The notes below the pieces were generated by a model. The model worked only from the letters and a program-made list of their open reading frames with translations. It was not told the origin of the DNA and ran no database searches. DNA of 62,377 nt, counting the filler. It is 4 parts of 4 records of this genome, joined end to end, with 100 filler letters (N's around TTAATTAATTAA, not from the genome) between each part and the next. Parts side by side here need not be neighbours in the genome. Positions count along the whole stretch, not along the records: positions 1 to 22,483 come from DRR378314_861; 3 more parts are not named here. One strand, written 5' to 3'. The position numbers and the translations under genes are program-made. Positions 10,391 through 20,900 of this stretch are shown piece by piece (the stretch's first letter is position 1; the number at the start of each line of letters is the position of its first letter).

Positions 10391-11920
10391 ATGACCGAGG
10401 AGAACAACAAATTTGACGTTGTCGTTGTGGGCGGTGGCGTTAACGGCACAGGTATCGCCATGGACGCCGCAGGCCGCGGCCTGAAGGTGTTGCTTTGCGA
10501 AATGAATGACCTCGCCTCAGCCACCTCATCCAACAGCAGCAAGCTGATTCATGGGGGGCTGCGATACCTTGAGCATTACGAGTTTCGCCTGGTGCGTGAA
10601 GCCCTGGCAGAAAGGGAATCACTGTTGCGGAATTCGCCACACATCATGTGGCCCATGCGTTTTCGCTTACCGCACCGCCCTCACCTTCGTCCCGCCTGGA
10701 TGATTCGGACCGGACTGTTCCTTTATGATCATCTGGCGAAACGAGAGGTCCTTCCGGGATCACGCTCGATCAAGTTCGATGAAAAGGATCCTCTCAAATC
10801 AGACATCACCAAAGGTTTTGAGTATTCAGACGGCTGGGTAGACGACGCACGCCTGGTGGTACTGACCGCCAAGAAAGCCCAGGAATCCGGAGCCACCATC
10901 CTGACCAGGACCAAGTGCATCAACGCCGAGCGCGGCGCGGATTCCTGGAACGTATCGCTTCAGGATATGAACGACGATAGCGTTCACCACGTCTCCGCCA
11001 AGGTGATTGTCAATGCGTCAGGCCCCTGGGTAAGCCGGTTGTTCAGCGAAAGTCTCTCCATGAAGGCGCCAAAAACCATACGCATGGTTAAGGGCAGCCA
11101 TATTGTCGTGCCGCGCCTTAATCGGGAAACCGAGGCCTACATCCTCCAGAACGAAGACGAACGCATTGTGTTCGTTATTCCCTACGAGGACGAGTTTTCC
11201 CTGGTCGGCACCACCGACGTGGATTACGAAGGCGACCCGAAGAAGGCGAAAATCTCACCGGAAGAAACCGACTATCTGCTGGATATCGTCAACTCTCACT
11301 TCAAGCGTCAGCTAACGGAAAGCGATGTAGTGTGGTCCTATTCAGGCGTCCGTCCGCTGATGGACGACGAAGAGGGAGACGCCAAGAAGGCTTCCCGCGA
11401 CTATTCGTTCGAGGTCAGCCGGGAAAAAGGCAAGGCGCCAGTGATCTCCGTCTTTGGCGGCAAGATCACGACCTACCGCAAACTCGCGGAAGCTGCGACG
11501 GATAAGCTCTGTCAGTTTTTCCCCCACGCGCGTGGCCCATGGACGAAGAACGGCATTCTGCCGGGCGGCGACTTCGAAAACCATGACACCCTTGAGGCAA
11601 GCCTGTCAGCCCAATACCCATGGCTTCCAGAAGCAGTGTGCAGCCGTTACGTGCGCACTTACGGCACCAAGGCCTATGACTTTCTGGGCGACGCAAAGTC
11701 CATCCAGGACCTGGGCTATCGATTCGCCGGCACACTCTACGAGCGGGAAGTCGAATACCTCATCAAACACGAATGGGCGATGACGTCGGAAGACATCCTC
11801 TGGCGCCGCACCAAACAAGGACTCTACGCCACTGAAGAAGATGTCCGCGAGCTGAACAGGTATCTGTCCGCCCAGGCAACCCCGCAACCGCAAACCGTTG
11901 CTCTCCACCACAGCGCCTGA
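10391..11920 (+). CDS. glpD: FAD-dependent glycerol-3-phosphate dehydrogenase
   Basis: GGGVNGTGIA, ATSSNSSKLIHGGLRYLE, DDARLV, SGVRPL, GGKITTYR, DILWRRTK. Confidence 0.96.
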   Translation: MTEENNKFDVVVVGGGVNGTGIAMDAAGRGLKVLLCEMNDLASATSSNSSKLIHGGLRYLEHYEFRLVREALAERESLLRNSPHIMWPMRFRLPHRPHLRPAWMIRTGLFLYDHLAKREVLPGSRSIKFDEKDPLKSDITKGFEYSDGWVDDARLVVLTAKKAQESGATILTRTKCINAERGADSWNVSLQDMNDDSVHHVSAKVIVNASGPWVSRLFSESLSMKAPKTIRMVKGSHIVVPRLNRETEAYILQNEDERIVFVIPYEDEFSLVGTTDVDYEGDPKKAKISPEETDYLLDIVNSHFKRQLTESDVVWSYSGVRPLMDDEEGDAKKASRDYSFEVSREKGKAPVISVFGGKITTYRKLAEAATDKLCQFFPHARGPWTKNGILPGGDFENHDTLEASLSAQYPWLPEAVCSRYVRTYGTKAYDFLGDAKSIQDLGYRFAGTLYEREVEYLIKHEWAMTSEDILWRRTKQGLYATEEDVRELNRYLSAQATPQPQTVALHHSA

Positions 11921-11939
11921 ACACTCTCTCAGGCATTTT

Positions 11940-11972
11940 GCTCCGGCCGGCCCCACCGCCCGGAGCTTTTTT
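11940..11972 (+). terminator. Intrinsic terminator of glpR-glpD
   Basis: GCTCCGG...CCGGAGC stem followed by T6, 20 nt after the glpD stop. Confidence 0.7.
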
Positions 11973-12011
11973 GTAGCCCGATACACACGCCCTCTCACTA
12001 CCCCGAAGCAC

Positions 12012-12045
12012 AAAAAAGCCGGACACCCTGCGGCACCCGGCTTTT
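12012..12045 (-). terminator. Intrinsic (possibly bidirectional) terminator downstream of the porin gene
   Basis: AAAAAAGCCGG...CCGGCTTTT inverted repeat flanked by A and T runs. Confidence 0.6.
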
Positions 12046-12092
12046 CCTGACTCACCCGTCGTCCAGGAAGGGTGAGGCGCTGCCGCTCTTCT

Positions 12093-13211
12093 TTAGAACG
12101 TCAGCTGTGAGCCAACAATAAAGGCATCGTATTCACCCTGGCCACCCTCGGTGCCCAGTGTGGTGTATTCCGCCATCAGGGTCAGGGCGTCCGTGGCGGC
12201 GTAGCGTGCAAACACCATGGTCAGATCCGTATCATTCGCACTTGAATTGATATCGTCTTCACCCTCGCCGTAGCTGACACCCAATGTGGTGCGGTTGAAG
12301 CCATAGGTTGTCTCAACATACCACTGACTGGCGTCTTCCTCGTTCGGATCCAGGCGAGCGGCAAATACACCGTTACCGGTGCCCGACGTCATGGAATAAT
12401 TGCCACGAACATTCAGGCTGCCGACCGACACCGAGCCACCAAAATCGATACCGGACATGGTGTAGTCGTCAAAGGTGCCGGCCTTGGAGTCCACGTCCTG
12501 AGTAAACGCGCTTGACCACAATGAGAACATATCCGCGGAGTAGACCACGTTGCCCTCGATACGGGGTGTGCTGTATTCCGCATCGGCCACGCCATCCACC
12601 TTTGAGGGGCTGAACACACCTACCTTGAACTGCAGGCCACCCAAATTATTGGAGGTGTACATGACACGGGGCGTGAAGTTGGCGTAAAAGTAACCGTTCC
12701 CGATGCGACCCGCCGTTGCAGCCACTTGGTCAGGACCACCGATCAGGCCGACACCCAGCGCACTGCCGTTGTCTCCGATGGCAGGAACACCAAAGATCCC
12801 AAAGCCCTTACCAATATTGACCTGGCCGAAATCACCGGCAACTGCGATTTCGGATACCCGGCTGCGGAAATTCGCATTGGCATCACCAGGCGCTATATCC
12901 GCGTTCATCTGGAAATGACCCGACACTTCCAGGCCGTTCTGTGTGGGGGCATAGATGTTGGTTTGCAGCGTAGCCGGGTTGAAGCCTGTGGTGATGGTAA
13001 ACGAGTCTTCGTCCGTCGGATCGTCGTAGTTGCCGAGCACCGCAAAGATCGGAATGTGACCATTGAACCCAGCTTTCCAGCCACTGTCGGATTCGAACGT
13101 CGTCTCAGCAGAAGCCGGTGCAGCAAACGCTCCGGCTACCACCGCAACCCCAGCCGCCAGCGCAGACAATTTGAACGACTTAACGTTTGTGCAGTTTTTG
13201 TTTTCGATCAT
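12093..13211 (-). CDS. Outer membrane porin (Gram-negative porin family)
   Basis: Signal peptide ending ASA-E, Gly/Asp/Ser-rich amphipathic beta strands, terminal Phe (IVGSQLTF). Confidence 0.8.
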   Translation of the reverse strand: MIENKNCTNVKSFKLSALAAGVAVVAGAFAAPASAETTFESDSGWKAGFNGHIPIFAVLGNYDDPTDEDSFTITTGFNPATLQTNIYAPTQNGLEVSGHFQMNADIAPGDANANFRSRVSEIAVAGDFGQVNIGKGFGIFGVPAIGDNGSALGVGLIGGPDQVAATAGRIGNGYFYANFTPRVMYTSNNLGGLQFKVGVFSPSKVDGVADAEYSTPRIEGNVVYSADMFSLWSSAFTQDVDSKAGTFDDYTMSGIDFGGSVSVGSLNVRGNYSMTSGTGNGVFAARLDPNEEDASQWYVETTYGFNRTTLGVSYGEGEDDINSSANDTDLTMVFARYAATDALTLMAEYTTLGTEGGQGEYDAFIVGSQLTF

Positions 13212-13528
13212 GATAGCTTCCTATTATTGTTTGAGATTTTCTGGCCTATCAGCACTTCCTCTCGTTGGAACCTGAAATAACCATTTATATCAATATCCTA
13301 ATGGGCTATCTCTCGCTTATAGGCACTGTCATCTCGAACATTCATTGCGGTCGTGGACCGTTTTTGTTTTCGAGACAACACAAATTTAGCGCGGTAGAGA
13401 AAAAATGGAAAGTTTTAGAACATATTTTTTTCGATATCGACGCCCTTTTATGACGCAACAAAAGCATAATTATTGGTATGTTGCTGTTTTTAATAAGCTA
13501 TTACATGTTACAGAAATGGTCATAAATT

Positions 13529-13540
13529 TTCGTTGACGAA
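13529..13540. promoter_or_regulatory. Putative GlpR operator core TTCG-TTGA-CGAA in the porin/SBP divergent promoter
   Basis: Exact TTCG-N4-CGAA core followed by a GCGAACATT half-site. A second core lies at 13430-13441 (TTCGATATCGAC). Confidence 0.45.
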
Positions 13541-13567
13541 CTACCAAGCGAACATTAGGCTCAACAA

Positions 13568-13586
13568 TGTAGTAAAACCAACAACA
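13568..13586. promoter_or_regulatory. Putative HexR-type operator upstream of the orphan SBP
   Basis: TGTAGTAAAACCAACAACA is 16/19 identical to the reverse complement of the edd-gap site at 19753-19771. Confidence 0.45.
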
Positions 13587-13620
13587 AACAATGTGCAACG
13601 AACAACAAAAAAGGTGTCCC

Positions 13621-15375
13621 ATGAGGAAATGGCCAATAGTCGCTGCGACTACCTGTCTGCTGTGCTTCAGCGCAGCCAGTCACGGATCAGACACGTTTAG
13701 TGCGTTGCCGGAAGCACGCAAGCAGGCCATCAATCAGTGGATTTCAGAAAGCTTTCAGGCCTCCACGCTATCTCCGGATCAACAGGCGGAAGAGCTTGCC
13801 TGGTTTGCACACACCGCCAAGCCACTGGAAGGCCTGGAGATTTCCGTTCTATCGGAAAACCTGGCAACGCACCGCTATGAATCCGAAGTGCTCGCGAAGG
13901 CGTTTTCCGACATTACCGGGATAAAGGTGACCCATGACCTGAAACCGGAAGGCGAGGTCATCCGGCAGGTCAACCTGCAAAGAATCATGGCTGCCAAGGG
14001 CCGGTACGACGCCTTCGTCAACGACTCGGACCTGATTGGCACCCATGCCCGGACCGGTTGGGCACTCGCACTGAGCGACTACATGGAGGGCGAAGGGCGC
14101 GAGTACACGCTGCCGACGCTGGATCTGGAGGATTTCATTGGCCTGAGTTTCGTGACGGGCCCCGATGGCAAACTCTACCAGCTGCCGGACCAGCAATTCG
14201 CTAACCTCTACTGGTTCCGTTACGACTGGTTTCAGCGTCCCGAGTTACGCGCAAAGTTTCTGGAGCGCTACGGGTATGAGCTTGGCGTGCCGTTGAACTG
14301 GTCCGCCTATGAGGATATTGCCGAATTCTTTACCGTCCATGTAAAAGAGATCGACGGCGAGCGCGTTTACGGCCACATGGACTACGGCAAACGAGACCCG
14401 TCGCTCGGGTGGCGCTTCACCGATGCCTGGCTGTCCATGGCTGGCGCCGGCGACCCCGGGCTGCCCAATGGCCTACCAGTGGATGAGTGGGGAATCCGTA
14501 TGGAGGAATGCCATCCTGTCGGCTCGTCGGTAGAAAGAGGGGGTGCTACCAATGGGCCAGCCGCCGTTTACGCCTTGCAAAAGTACATAGACTGGCTGAA
14601 AAGCTACGCGCCCCCGGAAGCGCCGGATATGAATTTCTCAGAGGCCGGGCCCGTTCCCGCCCAGGGCCAGATAGCCCAACAGATCTTCTGGTATACCGCT
14701 TTCACCTCCGACATGACCGAGCCCGGACTGCCTGTAGTCAATGACGACGGTACACCGAAATGGCGAATGGCTCCCTCCCCTTACGGCGCTTATTGGTCGA
14801 AAGGAATGAAGCTCGGCTATCAGGACGTGGGCGCATGGACGATTCCCAGAGTGATGAGCGATCGCAGCCAGAAAGCGGCTTGGCTCTACGCCCAGTTTAC
14901 CGTCTCCAAGACGGTATCACTTCAGAAAACGCTCGTGGGCCTGACACCGATTCGAGAATCGGACCTGAACTCCCAGGAAATGCTGGCCAAAAGCGCGGAA
15001 CTGGGTGGATTGGTGGAATTCTATCGAAGCCCCGCCCGGGAAGCCTGGACGCCCACGGGTGTCAATATCGCCGACTACCCCAAACTGGCCAAACTCTGGT
15101 GGCCCAACATTGCCGATGCGATGTCGGGAGAACGCACGGCACAGCAGGCCATGGATAAACTGGCCGAAAGCCAGGACCGAGCCATGGCGGTGATGGAACG
15201 AAACTACACGGTCAACAAGTGCCCGCCCAGGATTGCATCGGACGACGACGCGAAAGGCCGCGACTGGTGGCTCGCACAACCGGGTGCTCCGAAGCCGAAA
15301 CTGAAGAACGAAAAGCCGCCAGGACAGACCATCCGATACGAGGATCTGCTTTCACGCTGGGAAGAGGCTCGATGA
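13621..15375 (+). CDS. Second GlpV-family ABC substrate-binding protein (orphan paralog)
   Basis: Signal peptide MRKWPIVAATTCLLCFSAASHG. Shares VNDSDLIGTH, YQLPDQQFANLYWFR, GVPxNWSAYEDIAEFF, DPSLGWRFTDAW and QQIFWYTAF with GlpV at 1-1080. An alternative start exists at 13591. Confidence 0.88.
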   Translation: MRKWPIVAATTCLLCFSAASHGSDTFSALPEARKQAINQWISESFQASTLSPDQQAEELAWFAHTAKPLEGLEISVLSENLATHRYESEVLAKAFSDITGIKVTHDLKPEGEVIRQVNLQRIMAAKGRYDAFVNDSDLIGTHARTGWALALSDYMEGEGREYTLPTLDLEDFIGLSFVTGPDGKLYQLPDQQFANLYWFRYDWFQRPELRAKFLERYGYELGVPLNWSAYEDIAEFFTVHVKEIDGERVYGHMDYGKRDPSLGWRFTDAWLSMAGAGDPGLPNGLPVDEWGIRMEECHPVGSSVERGGATNGPAAVYALQKYIDWLKSYAPPEAPDMNFSEAGPVPAQGQIAQQIFWYTAFTSDMTEPGLPVVNDDGTPKWRMAPSPYGAYWSKGMKLGYQDVGAWTIPRVMSDRSQKAAWLYAQFTVSKTVSLQKTLVGLTPIRESDLNSQEMLAKSAELGGLVEFYRSPAREAWTPTGVNIADYPKLAKLWWPNIADAMSGERTAQQAMDKLAESQDRAMAVMERNYTVNKCPPRIASDDDAKGRDWWLAQPGAPKPKLKNEKPPGQTIRYEDLLSRWEEAR

Positions 15376-15396
15376 CGACCTGTCACGTATACCCGC

Positions 15397-15996
15397 TCAC
15401 CGCCCGAGGATATCGCGGACACGTTGCCGCAGGTCTGGAAGCACCTCGTCCTCAAACCAGGGGTTGCGACGTAACCAAAGGTTATTCCTCGGGCTGGGGT
15501 GTGGCAGCGGAACCACTTCGGGCCAAACCTCCCGCCAACGCTTCACCCGCTCGGTCACCGAAGCCCTGGGCCCGGGCAGATGCCAGGCATGGGCGTATTG
15601 GCCGATCACCAGAGTCAGCTCTATCCGTTCCAACCGCTCCAGCAGAAGGTTCCGCCAAGCCGGCGCACACTCTGGCCGAGGCGGCAGATCGCCCGATTTT
15701 CCAGTCCCTGGGTAACAGAATCCCATCGGCAATATTGCCAACTGCTGCTCGTCGTAAAAGGCTTCACGATCTATCCCCATCCAGTCGCGCAGCCGGTCAC
15801 CACTGGGGTCGTTGAACGGCAGGCCGGTGTCGTGGACACGACGCCCTGGCGCCTGCCCCACCACCAGCAAACGGGCGGACTGGGACACCTGAATCACAGG
15901 ACGCGGCTCAAGAGGCAGATGCGCCTCGCAAATCCGACACTGGCGCACATGCGCAACTAGCTCTTCAAAAGGCATATGGGAATAAAGACTGGTCAT
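15397..15996 (-). CDS. Uracil-DNA glycosylase superfamily protein
   Basis: CxxC near the N-terminus, VGQAPG, FNDPSGDRLRDWMG, GFCYPG, LPHPSPRN. Start is uncertain (15975-16005). Confidence 0.85.
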   Translation of the reverse strand: MTSLYSHMPFEELVAHVRQCRICEAHLPLEPRPVIQVSQSARLLVVGQAPGRRVHDTGLPFNDPSGDRLRDWMGIDREAFYDEQQLAILPMGFCYPGTGKSGDLPPRPECAPAWRNLLLERLERIELTLVIGQYAHAWHLPGPRASVTERVKRWREVWPEVVPLPHPSPRNNLWLRRNPWFEDEVLPDLRQRVRDILGR

Positions 15997-16118
15997 TCGT
16001 GCCAACTACTCCAGAAGAATAAGCCATTGCATACCCCACCACTTAACGTAACCATAAAGCCTGAAACCGTTAGCCACAAATCGGCCATCCCGAATACGGC
16101 AGAAGGACTGCTCCGCTC

Positions 16119-16853
16119 ATGAATGCCAAGTCAGACATCGACTCCAACACCCCTCTGAATGCATTTCGCGAGGTTGTTCGCAGCCGGCGCTCAGTGCGAC
16201 GGTTTACCGACGAGCCGGTTCCGGAACACGTACTGGACGACTGCCTCGAACTGGCCATGCTGGCGCCGAATTCCAGCAACCTTCAGCCCTGGGAGTTTTT
16301 TGTGGTTCGGACACCGGACCTAAAAACGCGCCTGGCCGAGGCCTGCCTTGGGCAGAATGCCGCCAAAACCGCTCCCGTACTGATTGTGGTGGTCGCCCGT
16401 ACAGACACCTGGCGAGAGCACTCCCGTATGGCGCTGGAACAATGGCCGGAGGAGAAGCTGCCGGGCATCGTCGAGAAATACTATTCCAAAATCGCTCCGA
16501 TCCATTACAACCAAGGGCCTTTCGGCCTGCTCGGTGTTGCCAAGAAAGCCGCCGGATTGTTTGTAGGCCTGTCCCGACCGGTTCCGAGAGGGCCCTATTC
16601 AACCAACGAGATGAAAGTCTGGGCCACCAAATCCACCGCCCTTGCAGCTGAAAACCTGATGTTGGCGCTGAGGGCCCACGGTTACGATTCCTGCCCGATG
16701 GAAGGCTTTGACGAATGCCGGGTAAGACGGTTGCTGAAGCTACCGCGAAAGGGTCTGGTGACCATGGTACTGGCGGCGGGGAAACGCTCGGACAAGGGCG
16801 TGTATAACCGCCAGTACCGCTTTGACAGGGATACGCTCATTCACTACCTGTGA
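16119..16853 (+). CDS. Nitroreductase family protein
   Basis: RRSVRRF, LAPNSSNLQPWEF, LAAENLMLA, SCPMEGFD. Confidence 0.9.
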   Translation: MNAKSDIDSNTPLNAFREVVRSRRSVRRFTDEPVPEHVLDDCLELAMLAPNSSNLQPWEFFVVRTPDLKTRLAEACLGQNAAKTAPVLIVVVARTDTWREHSRMALEQWPEEKLPGIVEKYYSKIAPIHYNQGPFGLLGVAKKAAGLFVGLSRPVPRGPYSTNEMKVWATKSTALAAENLMLALRAHGYDSCPMEGFDECRVRRLLKLPRKGLVTMVLAAGKRSDKGVYNRQYRFDRDTLIHYL

Positions 16854-16865
16854 ATGAGCGCCGGA

Positions 16866-17831
16866 CTACACTTCCGGGTTGGCCAGCGCTTCGGCGGCAC
16901 CGAGCAGGCCGGTGTAGCCCTCCATCACCACGTAGACTGGTGTCGATTCAAGGAGGGGCCGCATACGCCCCTTATCTTCGAAGCCTTTCTGGAACGGGCT
17001 CTCGAGGAAGAAATCGATAAACCTGGGGAGAATGCCGCCGCACAGGTAAACGCCTCCAGTACCTCCCAGGGTCAGAACCCCATTGCCGGCAACACGCCCA
17101 AGAATCTCGCAGAAGTGCCGCAGTGTCTGACGCGCGAGCGCGTCGGACTGATCCAGCGCGGCGGCGGTAATCTTCTCCGGCGCATCCAGGGGTGCGGCCA
17201 CGCCCTGTATCTCCGCATGGGCCTGGTAAAGGTTCAGCAACCCCTGACCGCACAGGATGCGCTCGACGGACACTCGACCAAACCGGGCCTTCAGAATCCG
17301 CAGGATGGCCATCTCGGTATCGTCTGTCGGGGCAAAGTCCACGTGACCACCCTCGGTCCTCAGCGGCACCCAGCCATGCTGCAACGGAACCAGCCCGGAC
17401 ACTCCGAGGCCGGTCCCCGGGCCGATAACCAGCCGCGGCCTCGCCGCATTGCCTGGCCCACCGCAAACATGGACCAGTTTATCGGCACTGACATGGGGAA
17501 CCCCGAGAGCCATGGCGGTAAAGTCATTGATCACCTTGAAGGCGCCCCAACCAAACCGCCTGCGAACCTCCTCGCTGTCGAAACGCCAGTGGTTGTTGGT
17601 CATCCGCACCTGAGTGCCCTGCACTGGCGATGCTACCGCAAGACAGACATCCTGCACCTCCCCAATGCCGGAGCGGGCAAGGTAATCAACGATAGCCGCA
17701 TCAAGGTTGTCGTAGTCCCCACAGGCAAGGACTTCAACCGCCTCAGGCGTGACATCACCGGAACGCACGAGGGCAAACCTGGCGTTGGTGCCCCCGATGT
17801 CTCCTACCAGCGAGTAGTTATCTTTGGTCAT
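16866..17831 (-). CDS. glk: Glucokinase
   Basis: [56 protein letters not shown]. Confidence 0.95.
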   Translation of the reverse strand: MTKDNYSLVGDIGGTNARFALVRSGDVTPEAVEVLACGDYDNLDAAIVDYLARSGIGEVQDVCLAVASPVQGTQVRMTNNHWRFDSEEVRRRFGWGAFKVINDFTAMALGVPHVSADKLVHVCGGPGNAARPRLVIGPGTGLGVSGLVPLQHGWVPLRTEGGHVDFAPTDDTEMAILRILKARFGRVSVERILCGQGLLNLYQAHAEIQGVAAPLDAPEKITAAALDQSDALARQTLRHFCEILGRVAGNGVLTLGGTGGVYLCGGILPRFIDFFLESPFQKGFEDKGRMRPLLESTPVYVVMEGYTGLLGAAEALANPEV

Positions 17832-19648
17832 GCGTCGTGATTCCAGAAAAAGCTGGCACCCTCTTCCGGGTTGCTGGCCGCTTTACGCATCCAGCCAAAC
17901 AGCTCCCGGCCCAGGCCATGATGATAACTGGTCAGGTCCGCCTTTTCCGCTTCGCGGTTGGCAAACTCCTCGGCAGGCACATCAATTTCCAGTGTTCCGG
18001 ATACGGCGTCCAGGTTGATCACGTCGCCATTACGCACACGGCATAGCTGCCCGCCGTTAGCCGCTTCCGGATAGACGTGTATCGCTGCCGGCACCTTTCC
18101 GGATGCACCGGACATACGGCCATCGGTGACCAACGCCACCTTGTAGCCACGGTCCTGAAGTACGCCCAGGTAGGGTGTCAGCTTATGCAATTCGGGCATG
18201 CCGTTGGCTTTCGGCCCCTGGAACCGAACCACCACGACGCAATCCCGGTTCAGGTCACCCGCATCAAAGGCCGCCTTGAGTTCGTTCTGGTCATTGAACA
18301 CAACGGCCGGCGCTTTCACGACCCGGTGCTCTTCCGCCACCGCCGATACCTTAATCACGCCACGGCCAAGATTGCCATCAAGAACGCGCAATCCGCCGTC
18401 CGGGGCAAAGGGCTCTGTCGCCGTGCTTAGCACATCCGGCTTGGCACTCTTCGCGGGCGCCGGCTTCCACACCAGCGTGTCATTTTCCAGTTCCGGCATC
18501 CGTGCGTAGCGCTCCAACCCATGCCCCACAACCGTCTCAACGTCGTTATGAAGCAAACCGGCGCTCAGCAGCTCGCGGATCAGGAACGGCGTTCCGCCAG
18601 CTTCGTGAAACGCGTTCACGTCTTCCTGGCCATTGGGGTAGATACGCGTCATGGACGGTACCGCCGAGGACAACTCGGAGTAGTCATTCCAGTCGATAAT
18701 GATGCCGGCGGCGCGGGCGATGGCGATCCAGTGGATGGTGTGGTTGGTTGAGCCACCAGTAACCAGCAACGCCACCAGCGCATTGACGATACTTTTCTCA
18801 TCCACCATATCGCCCAGGCCCAGCGTGCCTCCGTGGGGCTTGGACAACCGGATGACCTGCTCGGTGGCCTCGCGGGTCAGTTCTTCCCGCAAAGGCGTGC
18901 CCGGATTCACGAAGGCCGCCCCCGGCAGGTGCAGACCCATCACTTCCACCAGAAGCTGGTTGCTGTTGGCTGTGCCGTAAAACGTGCAGGTGCCGGGGCT
19001 GTGGTAGGACTGGGATTCCGCTTCAAGCAACTCATCCTTGCCGATTTTGCCCTCGGCGTAGAGCTGGCGAATGCGCTGCTTCTCTTTATTGGGGAGCCCC
19101 GACGGCATAGGGCCAGCAGGCACCAGAATGGTCGGCAGGTAGCCGAAGCTCAGCGACCCGATTAACAGGCCAGGAACAATCTTGTCGCATATACCAAGCA
19201 GCAATGTGGCATCGAACATATTGTGGCTGAGCGCGACCGACGTGCTCATAGCGATGGTATCGCGAGAAAACAGGCTCAGCTCCATACCCGGCTGCCCCTG
19301 GGTAACCCCGTCGCACATGGCCGGGGTGCCACCGGCAAACTGAGCCACCGAGCCCATGCCATTGGCGGCCCTGCGAATCACGTCCGGAAAATCCTGGTAA
19401 GGCTGGTGGGCAGACAGCATGTCGTTGTAGGCGGAAACAATCGCCACATTCGCCTTGTTCATGAACTTGAGGGTGTCTTTATCGGACTGGTTACACGCCG
19501 CAAACCCATGGGCGAGGTTGCCACAGGACAATGTGCTGCGCTGTGGCGACTGGGCCTTGAGCTCACCCATCCGGTCCAGGTAATCCTGTCGGGTGGCGCG
19601 GCTGCGCTCAATAATCCGCTTGGTAACCGCGTCGACGGTCGGGTGCAT
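17828..19648 (-). CDS. edd: Phosphogluconate dehydratase
   Basis: [63 protein letters not shown]. Confidence 0.97.
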   Translation of the reverse strand: MHPTVDAVTKRIIERSRATRQDYLDRMGELKAQSPQRSTLSCGNLAHGFAACNQSDKDTLKFMNKANVAIVSAYNDMLSAHQPYQDFPDVIRRAANGMGSVAQFAGGTPAMCDGVTQGQPGMELSLFSRDTIAMSTSVALSHNMFDATLLLGICDKIVPGLLIGSLSFGYLPTILVPAGPMPSGLPNKEKQRIRQLYAEGKIGKDELLEAESQSYHSPGTCTFYGTANSNQLLVEVMGLHLPGAAFVNPGTPLREELTREATEQVIRLSKPHGGTLGLGDMVDEKSIVNALVALLVTGGSTNHTIHWIAIARAAGIIIDWNDYSELSSAVPSMTRIYPNGQEDVNAFHEAGGTPFLIRELLSAGLLHNDVETVVGHGLERYARMPELENDTLVWKPAPAKSAKPDVLSTATEPFAPDGGLRVLDGNLGRGVIKVSAVAEEHRVVKAPAVVFNDQNELKAAFDAGDLNRDCVVVVRFQGPKANGMPELHKLTPYLGVLQDRGYKVALVTDGRMSGASGKVPAAIHVYPEAANGGQLCRVRNGDVINLDAVSGTLEIDVPAEEFANREAEKADLTSYHHGLGRELFGWMRKAASNPEEGASFFWNHDA

Positions 19649-19752
19649 AGTGGGTCTCCTGCAACATTTTTATCCAGTTACTTTTTTATAGCCGTAAGTT
19701 TACTTTCTTTTTTTGCCGACTTCACCCGTCAATCATTCATTTTTCCATTATT

Positions 19753-19771
19753 TGTTGTTATATTTACTACA
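19753..19771. promoter_or_regulatory. Putative HexR operator in the edd/gap divergent region
   Basis: Imperfect palindrome TGTTGTTA-TAT-TTACTACA. HexR control of divergent edd/gap is established in Pseudomonas. Confidence 0.55.
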
Positions 19772-19817
19772 TCAGCAACTGAAACGAACAATAAACAAAC
19801 AAATTTGGAGCCAGAAC

Positions 19818-20825
19818 ATGACTATTCGCATCGCAATTAACGGCTTTGGCCGCATTGGCCGCAATGTTCTCCGCGCGCTTTATGAAAATGACTACCGCAA
19901 CCAGATTCAAGTGGTCGCCATCAACGATCTGGGCGACGCCGAGACCAACGCCCACCTGCTCAAGTACGACAGCGTGCACGGTCGCTTTAACGGCATTGTA
20001 AACCACGACGCCGAGTCCCTCTCCGTAAACGGCGACCGCATTGCCATCACCGCCATCCGCAACCCCGAGGAACTGCCCTGGAAAGACTATCATGTGGATG
20101 TGGTCTTCGAATGCACTGGCCTGTTTACTGCCCGCGACAAGGCCGAAGGCCACCTAAAGGCCGGCGCACGCAAGGTGATTATCTCGGCCCCTTCTTCCGA
20201 CGCGGACGCCATGGTTGTCTACGGGGTCAACGATGACGTGCTGACCGCTGAACACAACATCATCTCCAATGCCTCCTGCACCACAAACTGCCTGGCACCG
20301 GTTGTTGAAGCATTGCACAGGAAGATCGGCATTGAGAGCGGCCTGATGACCACCATTCACTCCTACACCAACGACCAGAAGCTGAGCGACGTCTATCACT
20401 CCGACCTTTACCGCGCGCGTTCGGCTACCCAGTCCATGATCCCTACCAAAACTGGCGCGGCGGCTGCCATTGGCAAGGTCATTCCGGAACTGTCCGGAAA
20501 ACTTGACGGGCTGGCCGTGCGGGTTCCTACTATCAACGTTTCCCTGGTGGATTTCGGCTTTATCGCCAGCCGCGACACCACTGTGGAAGAAATCAACGAG
20601 GTCGTGAAGGCTGCGGCGGAAAACAACCCGGTCCTGGGCTACAACGCGGAGAAACTGGTCAGCGTGGACTTCAACCACAACGCCCTGTCCAGCATTTTTG
20701 ATGCGAACCACACGCGAGCCATGGGCCGTCATGCAAAAGTCATGGCCTGGTACGACAATGAATGGGGCTTCTCCAACCGGATGCTCGACAACGCCATTGC
20801 GCTGATGAAAAAGGCGAGCCAGTAA
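19818..20825 (+). CDS. gap: Type I glyceraldehyde-3-phosphate dehydrogenase
   Basis: Start [15 protein letters not shown] at 19818 with [31 protein letters not shown]. Confidence 0.96.
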   Translation: MTIRIAINGFGRIGRNVLRALYENDYRNQIQVVAINDLGDAETNAHLLKYDSVHGRFNGIVNHDAESLSVNGDRIAITAIRNPEELPWKDYHVDVVFECTGLFTARDKAEGHLKAGARKVIISAPSSDADAMVVYGVNDDVLTAEHNIISNASCTTNCLAPVVEALHRKIGIESGLMTTIHSYTNDQKLSDVYHSDLYRARSATQSMIPTKTGAAAAIGKVIPELSGKLDGLAVRVPTINVSLVDFGFIASRDTTVEEINEVVKAAAENNPVLGYNAEKLVSVDFNHNALSSIFDANHTRAMGRHAKVMAWYDNEWGFSNRMLDNAIALMKKASQ

Positions 20826-20900
20826 ACCTGGCCCGCCCGCACCGACGATCACCGGAAATTCCCGGAAAGCTCTACTGGAAAACAAAAGGAAACAGGAACC

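Noticed and set aside
15397-16853. UDG-family gene and nitroreductase as a possible defence or DNA-modification module
   Set aside because: Both are common standalone housekeeping-type genes, divergently arranged, with no associated nuclease or modification genes.
16854-17840. 328-aa plus-strand ORF directly after the nitroreductase
   Set aside because: Antisense to glk with no recognisable motifs.
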